From Glycera tridactyla (Eukaryota), in assembly GCA_965644265.1 (NCBI GenBank), contig OZ286466.1, positions 41,540,001 to 41,604,000 on the forward strand: a stretch of DNA of 64,000 nt. The letters are read 5' to 3'. The translations under genes were made by a program, and so were the position numbers. The notes under the pieces are model-generated. The model saw nothing but the letters and a program-made list of their open reading frames with translations, was not told where the DNA came from and did no database searches. Positions 12,612 through 23,874 of the stretch are shown piece after piece. Positions within the stretch are counted from its first letter, which is position 1; each line of letters begins with the position of its first letter.

Positions 12612-13424
12612 TCATTTGTGAAAGACACCTCAGAATTCATCAGAATCATCCATGAACTACCGGAGTTCCATGGAAATTGCATAATTGCAACAATGGATGT
12701 GACGTCACTTTACACAAACATTCCCAACCATGACGGGATAAAAGCAATAGCAGAAACGATCAGAGGAAAAACACATCTGATACCAAACAGGGTGATATTA
12801 AAATTGCTAGAAATGGTTCTACATAAGAACAACTTCGAATTTAACGGTGAACATTATCTACAGGTAGGAGGAACAGCCATGGGCACCAAAGTGGCTCCCA
12901 CATATGCTTGCCTATTCATGGCAAACCTAGAGACAAAAATGCTACAAGCAGCACCCCATAGACCAACAGTATTCCTAAGATACATCGACGATATCTTTAT
13001 GGTATGGGAGACTTCCCCAACCCAACTTGATGAGTTCGTATTTCACTGCAACAACTTCCACCAGACAATCAAATTCACGGCAGAACATAGCCAAGAAGAA
13101 GTGGTCTTCTTAGACACTAAGGTGAAATTCGACCCTACAAACAGGAAACTATATACCGATCTATACAGCAAACCTACCGATTCCCACAGTTACCTACCAT
13201 ATGATTCACACCACCCCCAGCACTGCAAAAAATCATTACCATTCAGCCAACTGCTGAGAATACGCAGGATATGCACCAAACAAGAGGACTTCGAAACACA
13301 TGCAAAAAACATGAAGGGATATTTTATAAGACAAGGATATCCGACCAAAATCATAGATACCGCATATGAGAAAGTCACACAAATCACGAGGGACACCCTC
13401 CTTTATCCAGTCAGGGATAACACA
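12612..13424 (+). pseudogene. PLE reverse transcriptase segment (begins inside RT, interrupted by an insertion)
   Basis: ORF track 12618-13487; RT-like sequence runs to RDTLLYPVRDNT. Confidence 0.85.
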
Positions 13425-13542
13425 AACAAGAAATTTCTTCAAAAAGAAGAATGGTCGTCGATTTACAGTGGAGAAGTGGTAATTTAAAAGGAAAAATGAA
13501 TGAAGTGGAGAGAAAGAAAGAGAGAGAGCCTGTGTTTGTGTT

Positions 13543-14750
13543 CTCCAAAGAACAAATAGACTGGTTATCACCTCTCAAACTGCGTATATAACGAAAGAAA
13601 ACATCGAAATCTCGCCCCACGTGAACTAGCTCGAAGTGATTCCTCCTCATTTCGCCATAAAATGTATTTTTCGACTTGTGAAGCAGCATGAAGAAACTCG
13701 CGATCGCCATCTTGGTATTTCTACAATCGAATCATATGATGACGGAATTCGCCTCCAACAAAGAAATAGACTGGTTATCACCTCTCAAACTGCGTATATA
13801 ACAAAAGAAAACATCGAAATCTTGCCCCACGTGGACTAGCTCGAAGTGATTCCTCCTCATTTCGCCATAAAACGTATTTTTCGACTTGTAAAGCAGCATG
13901 AAGAAACTCGCGATCGCCATCTTGGTATTTCTACAATCGAATCATATGATGACGGAAATTCACTTCAATCGAACAAATAGACAGATTGTCAACCCTCAAA
14001 CTGCATATATAACGAAAGAAAAAATCGAGATCTTGCCCCACGTGAACTAGCTCGAAGTGATTCCTCCTCATTTCGCCATAGAACATACTTTTCGACTTGT
14101 AAAGCAGCATGAAGAAACTCGCGATCGCCATCTTGGTATTTCTACAATCGAATCATATGATGACGGAATTCGCCTCCAACAAAGAGATAGACTGGTTATC
14201 ACCTCTCAAACTGCGTATATAACAAAAAAAACATCGAAATCTTGCCCCACGTGAACTAGCTCAAAGTGATTCCTCCTTATTTCGCCATAAAACGTATTTG
14301 TCGACTTGTAAAGCAGCATGAAGAAACTCCCGATTGCCATCTCGGTATTTCTACAATCGAATTATATGATGACGGAAATTCACTTCAAACGAACAAATAG
14401 ACAGATTGTCAACCCTGAAACTGCATATATAACGAAAGAAAACATCGCAATCTTGCCCCACGTGGACTAGCTCGAAGTGATTCCTCCTCATTTCGCCATA
14501 AAACGTATTTTTCGACTTGTAAAGCAGCATGAAGAAACTCGCGATCGCCATCTTGGTATTTCTGCAATCAAATTATATGATGACGGAAATTCACTTCAAA
14601 CGAACAAATAGACAGATTGTCGACCCTCAAACTGCATATATAACGAAAGAAAAAATCGAGATCTCGGCCCACGCGACCTAGCTCGAAGTGATTCCCCTTC
14701 ATTTCGCCATTAAACGTATTTTTCTTCATGTAAAGCAACGTGACGAAACT
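13543..14750. repeat. Tandem array of ~210-bp units (about 5.7 copies, two subtypes)
   Basis: Unit starts at 13741, 13951, 14162, 14371, 14582 (periods 210, 211, 209, 211); subtype order A,A,B,A,B,B. Confidence 0.95.
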
Positions 14751-15086
14751 TCGGCCAGCTTCGTGTCAAACACGTGGGTTCCGCGAATTCTCACATCGCC
14801 TTTCAAGACTAAAATACCATAGAAATATTGAACTCACGTTGAAGAAGATTACACGATTAAATCACAGATATCTGATTGTATATACTCCTATGTATAAATT
14901 CCGAGAATCCATCGAATATTCGCCAGAAACAGTGGAGATGTCAAGCGGGCCGTGTTAAGTTTGGCCTCCTTCTTTCATTCGTGAGATCGGCTTCCTCGTG
15001 GTTCCGAAACCTGCGCAGACGCTCCGAAATCGTCTTCCGCGCACATTGTTGACATCTCGCGACGAGAGCCCTTTGAAAGCAGGTCG

Positions 15087-15220
15087 CTGATTGGTCAATT
15101 TCGCCGCGATTCCGGCAATTTGGCCAATCAGTGAACGCGACAGATATAAATTAATTATGCACTATTATGGGATGGATCGCCGCCTCATTTGCATATCGAT
15201 ATAATGACGTCACCGGAAAG
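15087..15220. promoter_or_regulatory. Promoter-like motif cluster inside the HINE-like insert
   Basis: Imperfect palindrome with two CCAAT boxes (15087-15131), octamer ATTTGCAT (15187-15194), CRE TGACGTCA (15205-15212), ETS-like CCGGAA (15213-15218); CpG-rich. Confidence 0.35.
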
Positions 15221-15588
15221 GCTTCCCCGAGAAATTCCGCGCTCTCTATCCGTAAGTGTCGCTTTCTCCGTCATATTTTTCGTTTCAAACGGTCTCACAC
15301 AGTCATTCATCGATATTATCAGGATTTCTTTATATTTCACGTAATAAGTGAAGCTTCTCACACAAATCGCATATTTTTCAGGCAAGGCCGGTCTAATTCT
15401 GATGATTCCAGAAGCATCTTTTACAAAGGGTCGTACTCATACTGTGTCGACTATTAATGTCTACTTTCGCCGACTTTCTCATGTTTCTCTACGGAGTCCT
15501 CCACAAAACCGGGCGATTTTATCGTCTAGATTGAGAGGGAATCCCAGAGTGAAAACAGTACCGTCTCCGACGGAAAAACGTGGAGACA

Positions 15589-16248
15589 CCACCACCACCC
15601 CCAATACCTCTGATCCTCACATACGGCTCAGGTATGCCAAATATAACAAGCATACTGCGGAGACACTGGCACACACTACACACCTCTCCCATAGCTAGAG
15701 ACCTAGTAGGTCCGGCACCGTTGGTCGCCTACCGCCGACCACAGAACTTAAAAGAAAAACTTGTACGAGCACAAGTCACATATCCACCAGTGGAACAAGA
15801 CATACAACCAATAACCCACGCCAGGGAACCTAAGTGCCCAAAATTTGTCTGCAATTTCTGCAATAAAATCAGGAAGCAGGAAACATTCTTATGCCCCAAC
15901 ACAGGCACCATACACAAACTACCAACTAACCTGGACTGTCATAGTCAAAATGTCGTATACTTACTCTATTGCAGTGAACACAAGACACAATACGTAGGCG
16001 AAACAAAACGTCCATTCGCTGTCAGACTAAAAGAACATTTGGCAGACATCAAACACCAACGTGACAAGCCAGTCTCCAACCACTACAAAGAGAAACAACA
16101 CCAGAAGAAAGAACCCCATTTCTACATCTTGGAGAAACCACGACCATCCCCCACCAACGAAACAGAGAGGAGAAGACATTGTGAGAAGAAATGGACATAC
16201 CTGCTTCGTGCATTCCAACCTTACGGGCTCAATAAAATGGGAAAATGA
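15589..16248 (+). CDS. PLE C-terminal segment: RT thumb/linker, Cys cluster and GIY-YIG endonuclease
   Basis: IPLILTY, CxxxxCxxC linker, NVVYLLYC..H...YVGET, RLKEH, NHY, PYGLN; no stops or frameshifts in this half. Confidence 0.85.
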   Translation, partial: PPPPPIPLILTYGSGMPNITSILRRHWHTLHTSPIARDLVGPAPLVAYRRPQNLKEKLVRAQVTYPPVEQDIQPITHAREPKCPKFVCNFCNKIRKQETFLCPNTGTIHKLPTNLDCHSQNVVYLLYCSEHKTQYVGETKRPFAVRLKEHLADIKHQRDKPVSNHYKEKQHQKKEPHFYILEKPRPSPTNETERRRHCEKKWTYLLRAFQPYGLNKMGK

Positions 16249-17153
16249 TCCATATCAATCTTTGTTTTTCTAAATGGTAGCAATTACCTGCAATAAGCAA
16301 TGTAGAACTGCCCAGAATTGAGCTGATCTCATTATTTTTTGTACACCATGCCTTGATCATCTCAGGTCTTTCCCGAGTATTTTCTTGCTGCCCAGAGCGC
16401 TCCATGGATTACAAACGATGTTTCTCACACTTAACCCTCATATATTAGCGGCGTATGTAAGAAGATGTTTCATCAGGACCTCCCTACACATCCCAAAAGA
16501 GATCTCAGCATTGTCAAAGTGTGTCCTTGGCCATTTGATCAAACTGTCAAGTTGATCTGATGAAAAATATCTAATGAGATAGCAGCCTCTTAGTCATTTC
16601 ATGGATGCCATAAATTATCATGAAGATACTTGATGAGTCTCATATAGGAATGAAATGAGCATCATTGTATCTGCCCACACCTTACCGACTACCATTTTCG
16701 ATCCCTGGATGTGGTTCTTGGCTCAGAAGTAAAAAAAACTGAAATGTGCCCCCCCCCCCCCCCCCCGGACGTGTAAAGGCGGTAATGATGATGATAGTAG
16801 ATACATGTACTGTGTACAAAAATATGAAATTGTGGTGATTCAAGGAGAAAAATCTGATGTTCACTGCCTCCTCAACAGATACAAAAATTTGCATCAATCT
16901 CAAAATAGAGCGAACTAGTTGGCCCTGGGAATAAACAAGAACTGATTCAGTATGACGATTTATGTTGATACACTAGAGAAGAAAGTTTTCTTTAAACTCA
17001 CTAGCATCACAAAAGATGAAGAAAAATCACCCGCTAAAACCACCACAATCATTCACATAATACAATTATTGTCAAATCAAATAGAAAAAGGTTCTTTGAA
17101 TTCCTTCAAATGGTATTCTCTTGATCAAAATGATGTAGCATGTTCCCATGCAG

Positions 17154-17488
17154 CAGACCAAAATACAAGGTACCCAGCTTCGACCGAGAAATTCCCAACA
17201 GTATTATATCTTGGTCATGCTGACCTGCCTGTCTGTGATAAAAAACATGAAACAGCATCCCTATGGTAATGGAATCACATAACCGAGTATTGGATTGGAA
17301 GGCTTACAGATGTCTTCATCAGTTTAACATTTGATACGAATCAGCGATATTTACATTCCACGGCTTGGGCTAGTTCCTGGTCTCGAATCCAACCAAGTTT
17401 TGATGAGAGTTTAAAATCTGACTACTGTGTAGTATTTTTCGTGAATTATGCTTACCATCATTGGATGAATAAAAAGCTGATTCTCACA

Positions 17489-17570
<82 letters not shown>

Positions 17571-18099
17571 GTGTCAGTGATGCATTTTCAACAAAATGAT
17601 GATGCATCCCAAGGACCCCAACTGACTGTTTGGAGTGGGTCCCGTGATGCTCATGTGAGTCATCAATCAAGTAGAGCCCTCGCTGAACCGAGACTGGGGC
17701 CAACACCTTCTCCCACCTCTTTCCCAGGAGTTGATTGACAACAAAACATCACATGACCCTCCCCAGCTACGGGATCACGTGACGACGCTTCCTTGCAGTC
17801 GCCACTACCTGACAGAAAGGCAAGCAGATGCATTCCCGTAAGCTTGCTTGACTTTCAAATATCGCAGTGTGTATACATTTTAATCTTCATCCATGATCAG
17901 TTAAATTGAGTAAATATCCATGTTGCAGATTGGAAAATCTGTTGCAGATTGAAAACATTTCATGAGGTTAGATTTGGTTTGTTGGCTGGTTGGATTAACC
18001 GCTTGATTGTATCAACCTGAAGGATTGTCTATGCCGTGTATTGCATTTCTCAGGTCTGGATATTCTGCCCTGTATAAGCATCACTTTCACTCATCCTGA
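17154..18099 (+). CDS. Four putative phase-compatible exons (17154-17265, 17578-17654, 17728-17837, 18054-18099) of an unidentified gene
   Basis: Canonical AG/GT sites (G|GTAATG, CAT|GTGAGT, CC|GTAAGC); exon phases chain 0-1-0-2 to a TGA stop; product not recognised. Confidence 0.28.
17493..17574. repeat. (GT)n microsatellite
   Basis: Direct observation. Confidence 0.97.
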
Positions 18100-19570
18100 A
18101 CACGAGAAAATATGGAAGCATAAAGGATATCAAGCAGAAGTGGATGACAGTTCAGAAACACCACTACTCACATCAAATACACTCATTTCCAGCTGGCATT
18201 CTTGACAGCATGAGATTGGGCCGACAATGAAGATTGAAGCCTTTTCAAATGAGTGAATCGTTTCATTCATCTTCAAGACTGATTCCAATTATGGAAAAGT
18301 CCTCAGTACTCGAAAAAAAAAAAAAAATTGAGAAATATGTAGCACATCCATTCTGTTTTGTCAGCTCGCTGCTGTTTGCTGTTCCATCACATGACAAGGC
18401 AGAGTTGTAGGAGTCATGTGATGGTTCTGCATCGGGGACATTAATACATTTCAGACCTTCGGCATCACGCCATGCATCTCTGTCCATCACGCCAGATATT
18501 CTAAACTATCAAGAAATGTAATGGAGACTGTGACAATCTAAGACAGGTGATTACTGCTTCTAAGCTTATTTGCAAAAGAATGATGGAAAACCATTCTGGA
18601 GAAGTCTCTAAAGTCCACCTCTCTATAAAGACCACCTCCTTATAAAGTCCACCCTGTGGCCGTGGTAGTATTTTCAACAGTAAATTACCTCTCTATAAAT
18701 ACCACCTCCCTATAAAGGTCACTTCTGTTGCAACTGAAGGTGGTCTTTATAGGGAGGTTTGACTATATATCTGACAGATATTTACCAAATATGCATCTTA
18801 TGCAAGGTTGCAACAGAAGAAGGATGTGGGTATCGGAGGGTAGAGCTGTGCACATCCCATTTATAGATGAATAATATGCAGTGAGCAGAATTGATCCCAG
18901 AATACCTCTGGGGTTGGCGTCTATGTCCGACTACTGAGCCTTTATGTAAAATGACCCATCAGTACAGGTTGGAACTGACCTCCTTCATTCCATATCTAGA
19001 GCTACCTAACCCTTGTCTTGAATCCCTGCACTAAGGCAACAAATAGAGTCAAACAAGCTCAACAGAGCACCTCTCTATAAAGGCCACTCTGGGCATCAAC
19101 CGTGATAGTATTTTCAACAGTAAATGGCCTCTCTACAAAGGACACCTCTTAATAAAGTCCAATTTTTCATTCAATCAAAGGTGGTAATTATAGACAGCTT
19201 CGACTGAATTGCTTTACCACTGAAAACATAGTATGTACAGTCCAACCTGTACTAAGCAGCCATTGTATTAAACAGTCACCTGTCTCAGGCAATCACCTAC
19301 CAGATTTTGATGATATTTCACCAAATACCTAATCACTGACTATCTACCAAATTACAGATTTGGGGGATAACAACTTTTGAGGGCCACAGTTGGTAGTGAT
19401 GACAATTTTTAAAAAGTAATGATAGAAGTATTTGTAATGATCAAATGAGAGGACCATGAATTTCTTGAAGTAATGTATTGTGTAAAATGCCAAATTTGTT
19501 ACTAAAAAACCATTATGGTTTGCATAAATAAAATTTGACTTGTAAAATGTGTCAGATACAAGCAAGATTG

Positions 19571-19786
19571 CGGGGGTAATTTTGCACTGTGCCCTGTGGC
19601 AAATGGCACATAAAATTGTGAAAGGGCACATTAAACCATATATCTTGTGCCCAGAAGGCACATGGAATTTTCCATACTTTCATATGATTACATGGTTTGA
19701 GGCACACACAAATCTGAAATGGCACATGAAATCTGCATCAATGTGCCCGAAAGACCCATACACATTCCTGAACAAGAAAATCCCTG
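19571..19786. mobile_element. hAT-type MITE with 6-bp TSD
   Basis: CGGGGGTAATTTT ... AAAATCCCTG termini; TSD AGATTG on both sides; inverted copies at 31512-31726 and 41899-42110. Confidence 0.85.
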
Positions 19787-20401
19787 AGATTGGTTCATGA
19801 ATACTTTGCCTGACATCAATCCATGTGTACATGTCCATGTGACACTGACACTGACCATATAACCGATTTGGATTTCAACAAGGCACATTTAATCTTGCAA
19901 ACACCCCTGTGCACACCGTTTTGCAAGTCCAAGTGCTAAGAACAATACATCAAATGGCTCCGACCAGTGAGAGTGCATCCAAATTTCTAGAAGGCCAGTC
20001 ATTTTTCACTGGTAAGACAGGCCTTGTATGGAACGACAGGTTTGCGTGAGACCTAAGTTTACTGTCTACATCTCTCATCCCATTCACCATTAAAGCAATA
20101 TTCACTGGAATCACTTTGTTCGTCTACAGTGACTAGATATTCTCCAGTCACTCAATACAGCATGGGAGATACAGTTGACCATCCCCAGTCACACCAAAAT
20201 GGACTTTGTGGACAGGTGGTCTTCGTATAGATGCCAACCTTCAGCGGACAAGAATAGTAGCAGTGTCATTTTCAAAGAGTAGTAGTGCCAGTATTTCGCA
20301 ATTGAATAATGAGAAAAATCCTGATTTTTTGGAGTAGCATCACTCGTAAAATGCAAGAATTTTGGGGTAAAGAGAGTAGTTGGTACTCCCAAATCGCAGT
20401 A

Positions 20402-20578
20402 CAGTGAAACCTGTCTCGGGAGACCCCTCTTTTGGGAGACCACCCTCTAATGGAGGCCGCTCTTTATTAGCTCTTCTTCATTTGACACAGTCGAATATAC
20501 CTCCAATGAGAGACCACCTGTCTTGAGAGACCAATTTTCATTGGCGTTCGGGGTGGTCTCCCAAGACAGGTTTTACTG
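20402..20578. mobile_element. TA-type MITE (family M2), complete
   Basis: TA|CAGTGAAACCTGTCTCGGGAGACC ... GGTCTCCCAAGACAGGTTTTACTG|TA. Confidence 0.85.
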
Positions 20579-23500
20579 TATTTGGCATCTTTGTTTTTGG
20601 TGGTATCAGTATATTCATTTCGGATCGTCATCCCCTACTGCCCTTCGTCTTTGCCCAGTGCCAACTTATTCTCTTGTGAGGGCCTCTCTTTTTAAGAATG
20701 GCTCTGCCAGGCTTTATGCAGGTGATCGCACAGAAGCAATGGCAGCAGCAGGCCAAAAAAATGTGTGTATCCAGTGTTGGCTCACAAGAAAATAGTCCCC
20801 TCATGAATGCTGTCAATTAGAAACCTTATGTCAGTTGAGAGATGATGTTTGAGGCATGAATGGATATAGATGTATCCCACAGTTTTCCTGGATGGGATAT
20901 TTGCCATGAAAGAGATGCTATATGAGTGCAATGACTTGAGGTTTGCACCATATTCATCCTCCAACAGAGGTGTGAAGAGTCATGCTGCTGCTGATGGGAG
21001 ACATTATCATAAAATAGCTATGGTGACATACATTAACAGAACTTTCATCATATCCCTCGAACTGTTACATAAGTGAATACAGTATGTGATACAGAATGAA
21101 GACCATCACATCATGAGCAAGCAGAATCAATGTCAAGCAGATCAGAAAGTATGCTAATGAAAGCTGGCCCAAAATATGAAATGTTAGTTTAGTTCATCCA
21201 GTCCTCACTGTGTCACTTTCTAAAAACAGTCAAAAGATGGGTCTGTCAAAACAACAACACCTCTGAAGTATTCACCCAACCATATGCAGTCTCCCTGCCA
21301 TCATATTCTGGACCTCACCATAGATGTTGAGCTGGAGATAGGGGGAGAGAGTCTGGCCCATACCAGCTAACTAACCAGACATCAGAGGCTATGTGTGGAT
21401 CTACCAGTTGACCTAGATGTACTGATAGTCCCCTCCCCCCTCCCCCTCCCATTCACACAAACCCTGCTCTCTCATCCAGCAGCCTGGCCAACCCATAGAA
21501 ACATTCAAACTGTTGAGTCCATCCTATTGACTCTCTTAGCACCAACATAATATTGAAACTAAGGAAGAGAGTACAGTGAAATCATGTGTATTCCCATCAT
21601 GTTTGGTCCCTCTGTATGCATTATACAAGTAGTTATAGAGAGACCCCCTGACAATAGACCTCCTCTGACGGACACCGCTTTCTCAGGGCAGCTACTTTAT
21701 TTGACCCTAAATGTTACCAAAATGAAGTCTCTCAATAGAGGTCGTCTCTCGTAGGAGGCATATTTGACTATCTCGAATAGAGAAGCTGCACAGAAAAAGC
21801 GGTCTCCAATCAGAGGTGGCCTATGGTCGGAGGTTTCACTGTAGTCCCTCATCATATATTTCACTGCAGTATTTATCTGAAGTGATATTGAAGATAGATA
21901 GCCTTTCCATCAAGGGTCTTCAGTAAATACATGCATTTTCAGTGATTGAAAAAGCATAGCTATGCCATTTTTACCATACCAATTATAGTGGAACCTCTGA
22001 CCTGCCCTAAACGTCACCAAAAAGTAGTTTCTCAAAAGAAGTGGTCTCTCATCAAGTATATTTGACTATGTCACACAAAAAAGCTGCTTAGCAGAGATGG
22101 TCTCCTTTTGGATGTGGTCTCTCATCTGATGTTTTCCTGTAGTTGCGATTGTATTCTCAGAAAAGAACAGAATGAAACCATCATTTGTATTCAAGATACA
22201 ATATGGTCTCAGATGCTGAGAGATTTAGGGACCTTACAGGCTATGTGGGTTACCATTCAATCAAATTGTATCATTTATGTATTTACTGCTAAAAATTATG
22301 TTTTGGACTACTTTAATATTCAGTCATGCAATGATATTGCTGCCATTCTTTTGGGGCCTACAGGCCTAGTTTTCTATCAAGTCCACACTTCTTATAAGAG
22401 ATGCCAATAAAAATACAGTCTAACCTGTCCATAAAGGCTGCTTCGGTCACATACTTTATAGGCAGGTGGTCTCTATAGAGATCATTTACTGTTGAAAACA
22501 CGTGATGAGTATTTGTGTGCAATGGTTGGTTCTAACCAATAAAACAATCAAAATGAAAATGAGATACAATGGTTGTGATTATTAGCTGAAACCCCAATTA
22601 GATTGACCCAACTAGCTAATTACTGAGTTGTCAACAAGAAATTCATCAAAAAAACCTTACCAAGTTTTGTGGGCGAAGCTTACATATTCAGTCATTCTCA
22701 AAAATTTGTAACAATTCCAGAGGAGCAAAACAAGAAAAACAAAGTTTTGGCAAACTATTCCAAACTGCTTTATTATGATTACAGACTACCTGAAGTTCTC
22801 AAATCCAAGTTTTCACCCACTAAATACTTTTCTTTCATGTGATATCATCAGTGACACGCAACCATATGGATTTGTCAAGAAACAGTTATGAGATGTCACC
22901 AAGTGAAGATGAATTGAGTGTAGTTGGTAATTATAGGTATAATCAGACACATAGCTTCCATTTTAATGCAGCAAACAATATTTCTGAATGGAATGATCAT
23001 ATAGTGGTGTCATATATTGATCGATACCCTGTTGGCCATATGGTTACAGAATTCGGTTTCCAGCTAAAATTGACACACTATATTTTCAACCTTCTTTCGT
23101 TTTACATAGATCACTTTTGCGTGGGCACGAATAAAAAAAAGGTAGTTTACATGTGAGCTGGATACATCAACAACAAGCACAACAAAAATCATTCAGCAAA
23201 ATGTAACGGTATCATGTCCACAGGCAATTTAGAAACATGACAAATTCGTTACGGAGGTTAGAAAGAAATGAACGAGATTCATAGTATAATCTCATGTGGA
23301 GAATAGTGTTAAATTTCTTGTTACTTTGAAGATGGGTGAAAAAATGGTTGCATCTATATATTGTCAAACTCTCCACAGCTTTATGCATCAACTATAGTCC
23401 ACTTGCTCTCTCCACTAATCAAGGTCATTAATTTTCATTGAAAATCTTTTGTAGGAGTCAGATTTTCATGTAATATCACCCCTGGCTCAGATTAGGGGAT

Positions 23501-23874
23501 ATGTCTCACATCTACTCCCCTCTCTCATATCTGTGAATAGACAAATCATGATATTGGCATTATCTGAGATGCTTCCTGAAACAAAAACAAAATCAGTACT
23601 TTGTTACGGAGGTTAGACAGATTGCATACAACTTGCATAGTAGCTTGATGACAACAGCATATGCTGCCTTCAATCCAATTATGTGGATAATCCTTCAATA
23701 GATACTTCTTTCAGAGTAGGACCAGACAATAATCTCATGGACTATGGTCACTGGAAGAGAAATTTTCTGACCATTTTCAAACAGAGATAATGTATTTTTT
23801 TCTCACTGAAAACATAACGGAAATGTCTGTTCATGGTTGGACATAGACAGAAAAGTAGCAGTGTCCACTACACT

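Larger units (their letters stand above)
13425..15588 (-). mobile_element. Non-autonomous Helentron/HINE-like insertion with central tandem array
   Basis: Removing it restores the PLE frame (..RDNT|PPPPPIPLILTY); one end is AACAAG plus hairpin TTCTTC-AAAAA-GAAGAA, the other is hairpin GTCTCC..AAAAA..GGAGAC plus A; no TIR or clear TSD; structure resembles DINE-1/HINE elements. Confidence 0.6.
12611..16268 (+). mobile_element. Penelope-like retroelement (C-terminal GIY-YIG, Neptune-like), 5'-truncated
   Basis: RT motifs SFVKDT, MDVTSLYTNIP, GTAMGTKVAP, RYIDD, FLDTKV, KPTDSH; C-terminal GIY-YIG domain; 15-bp direct repeat TCTAAATGGTAGCAA at 12596-12610 and 16269-16283. Confidence 0.9.

Noticed and set aside
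13411-14551. Repeated 60-99 aa ORFs (MAIASFFMLL..., MIPPHFAI...)
   Set aside because: By-products of the tandem unit on both strands; stops and frameshifts vary between units
13543-14750. CRISPR-like repeat-spacer reading of the array
   Set aside because: Units are 210 bp, the variable part has only two recurring types, no cas genes, eukaryotic context
13479-15585. PLE insert as a spliceosomal intron (GTAATT donor, GAG acceptor would rejoin in frame)
   Set aside because: Acceptor is purine-rich with no pyrimidine tract; terminal hairpins and AACAAG end fit a Helentron-like insertion better
13468-15586. GTGGAGA direct repeat as TSD of the insert
   Set aside because: Excision at this repeat leaves the PLE ORF out of frame
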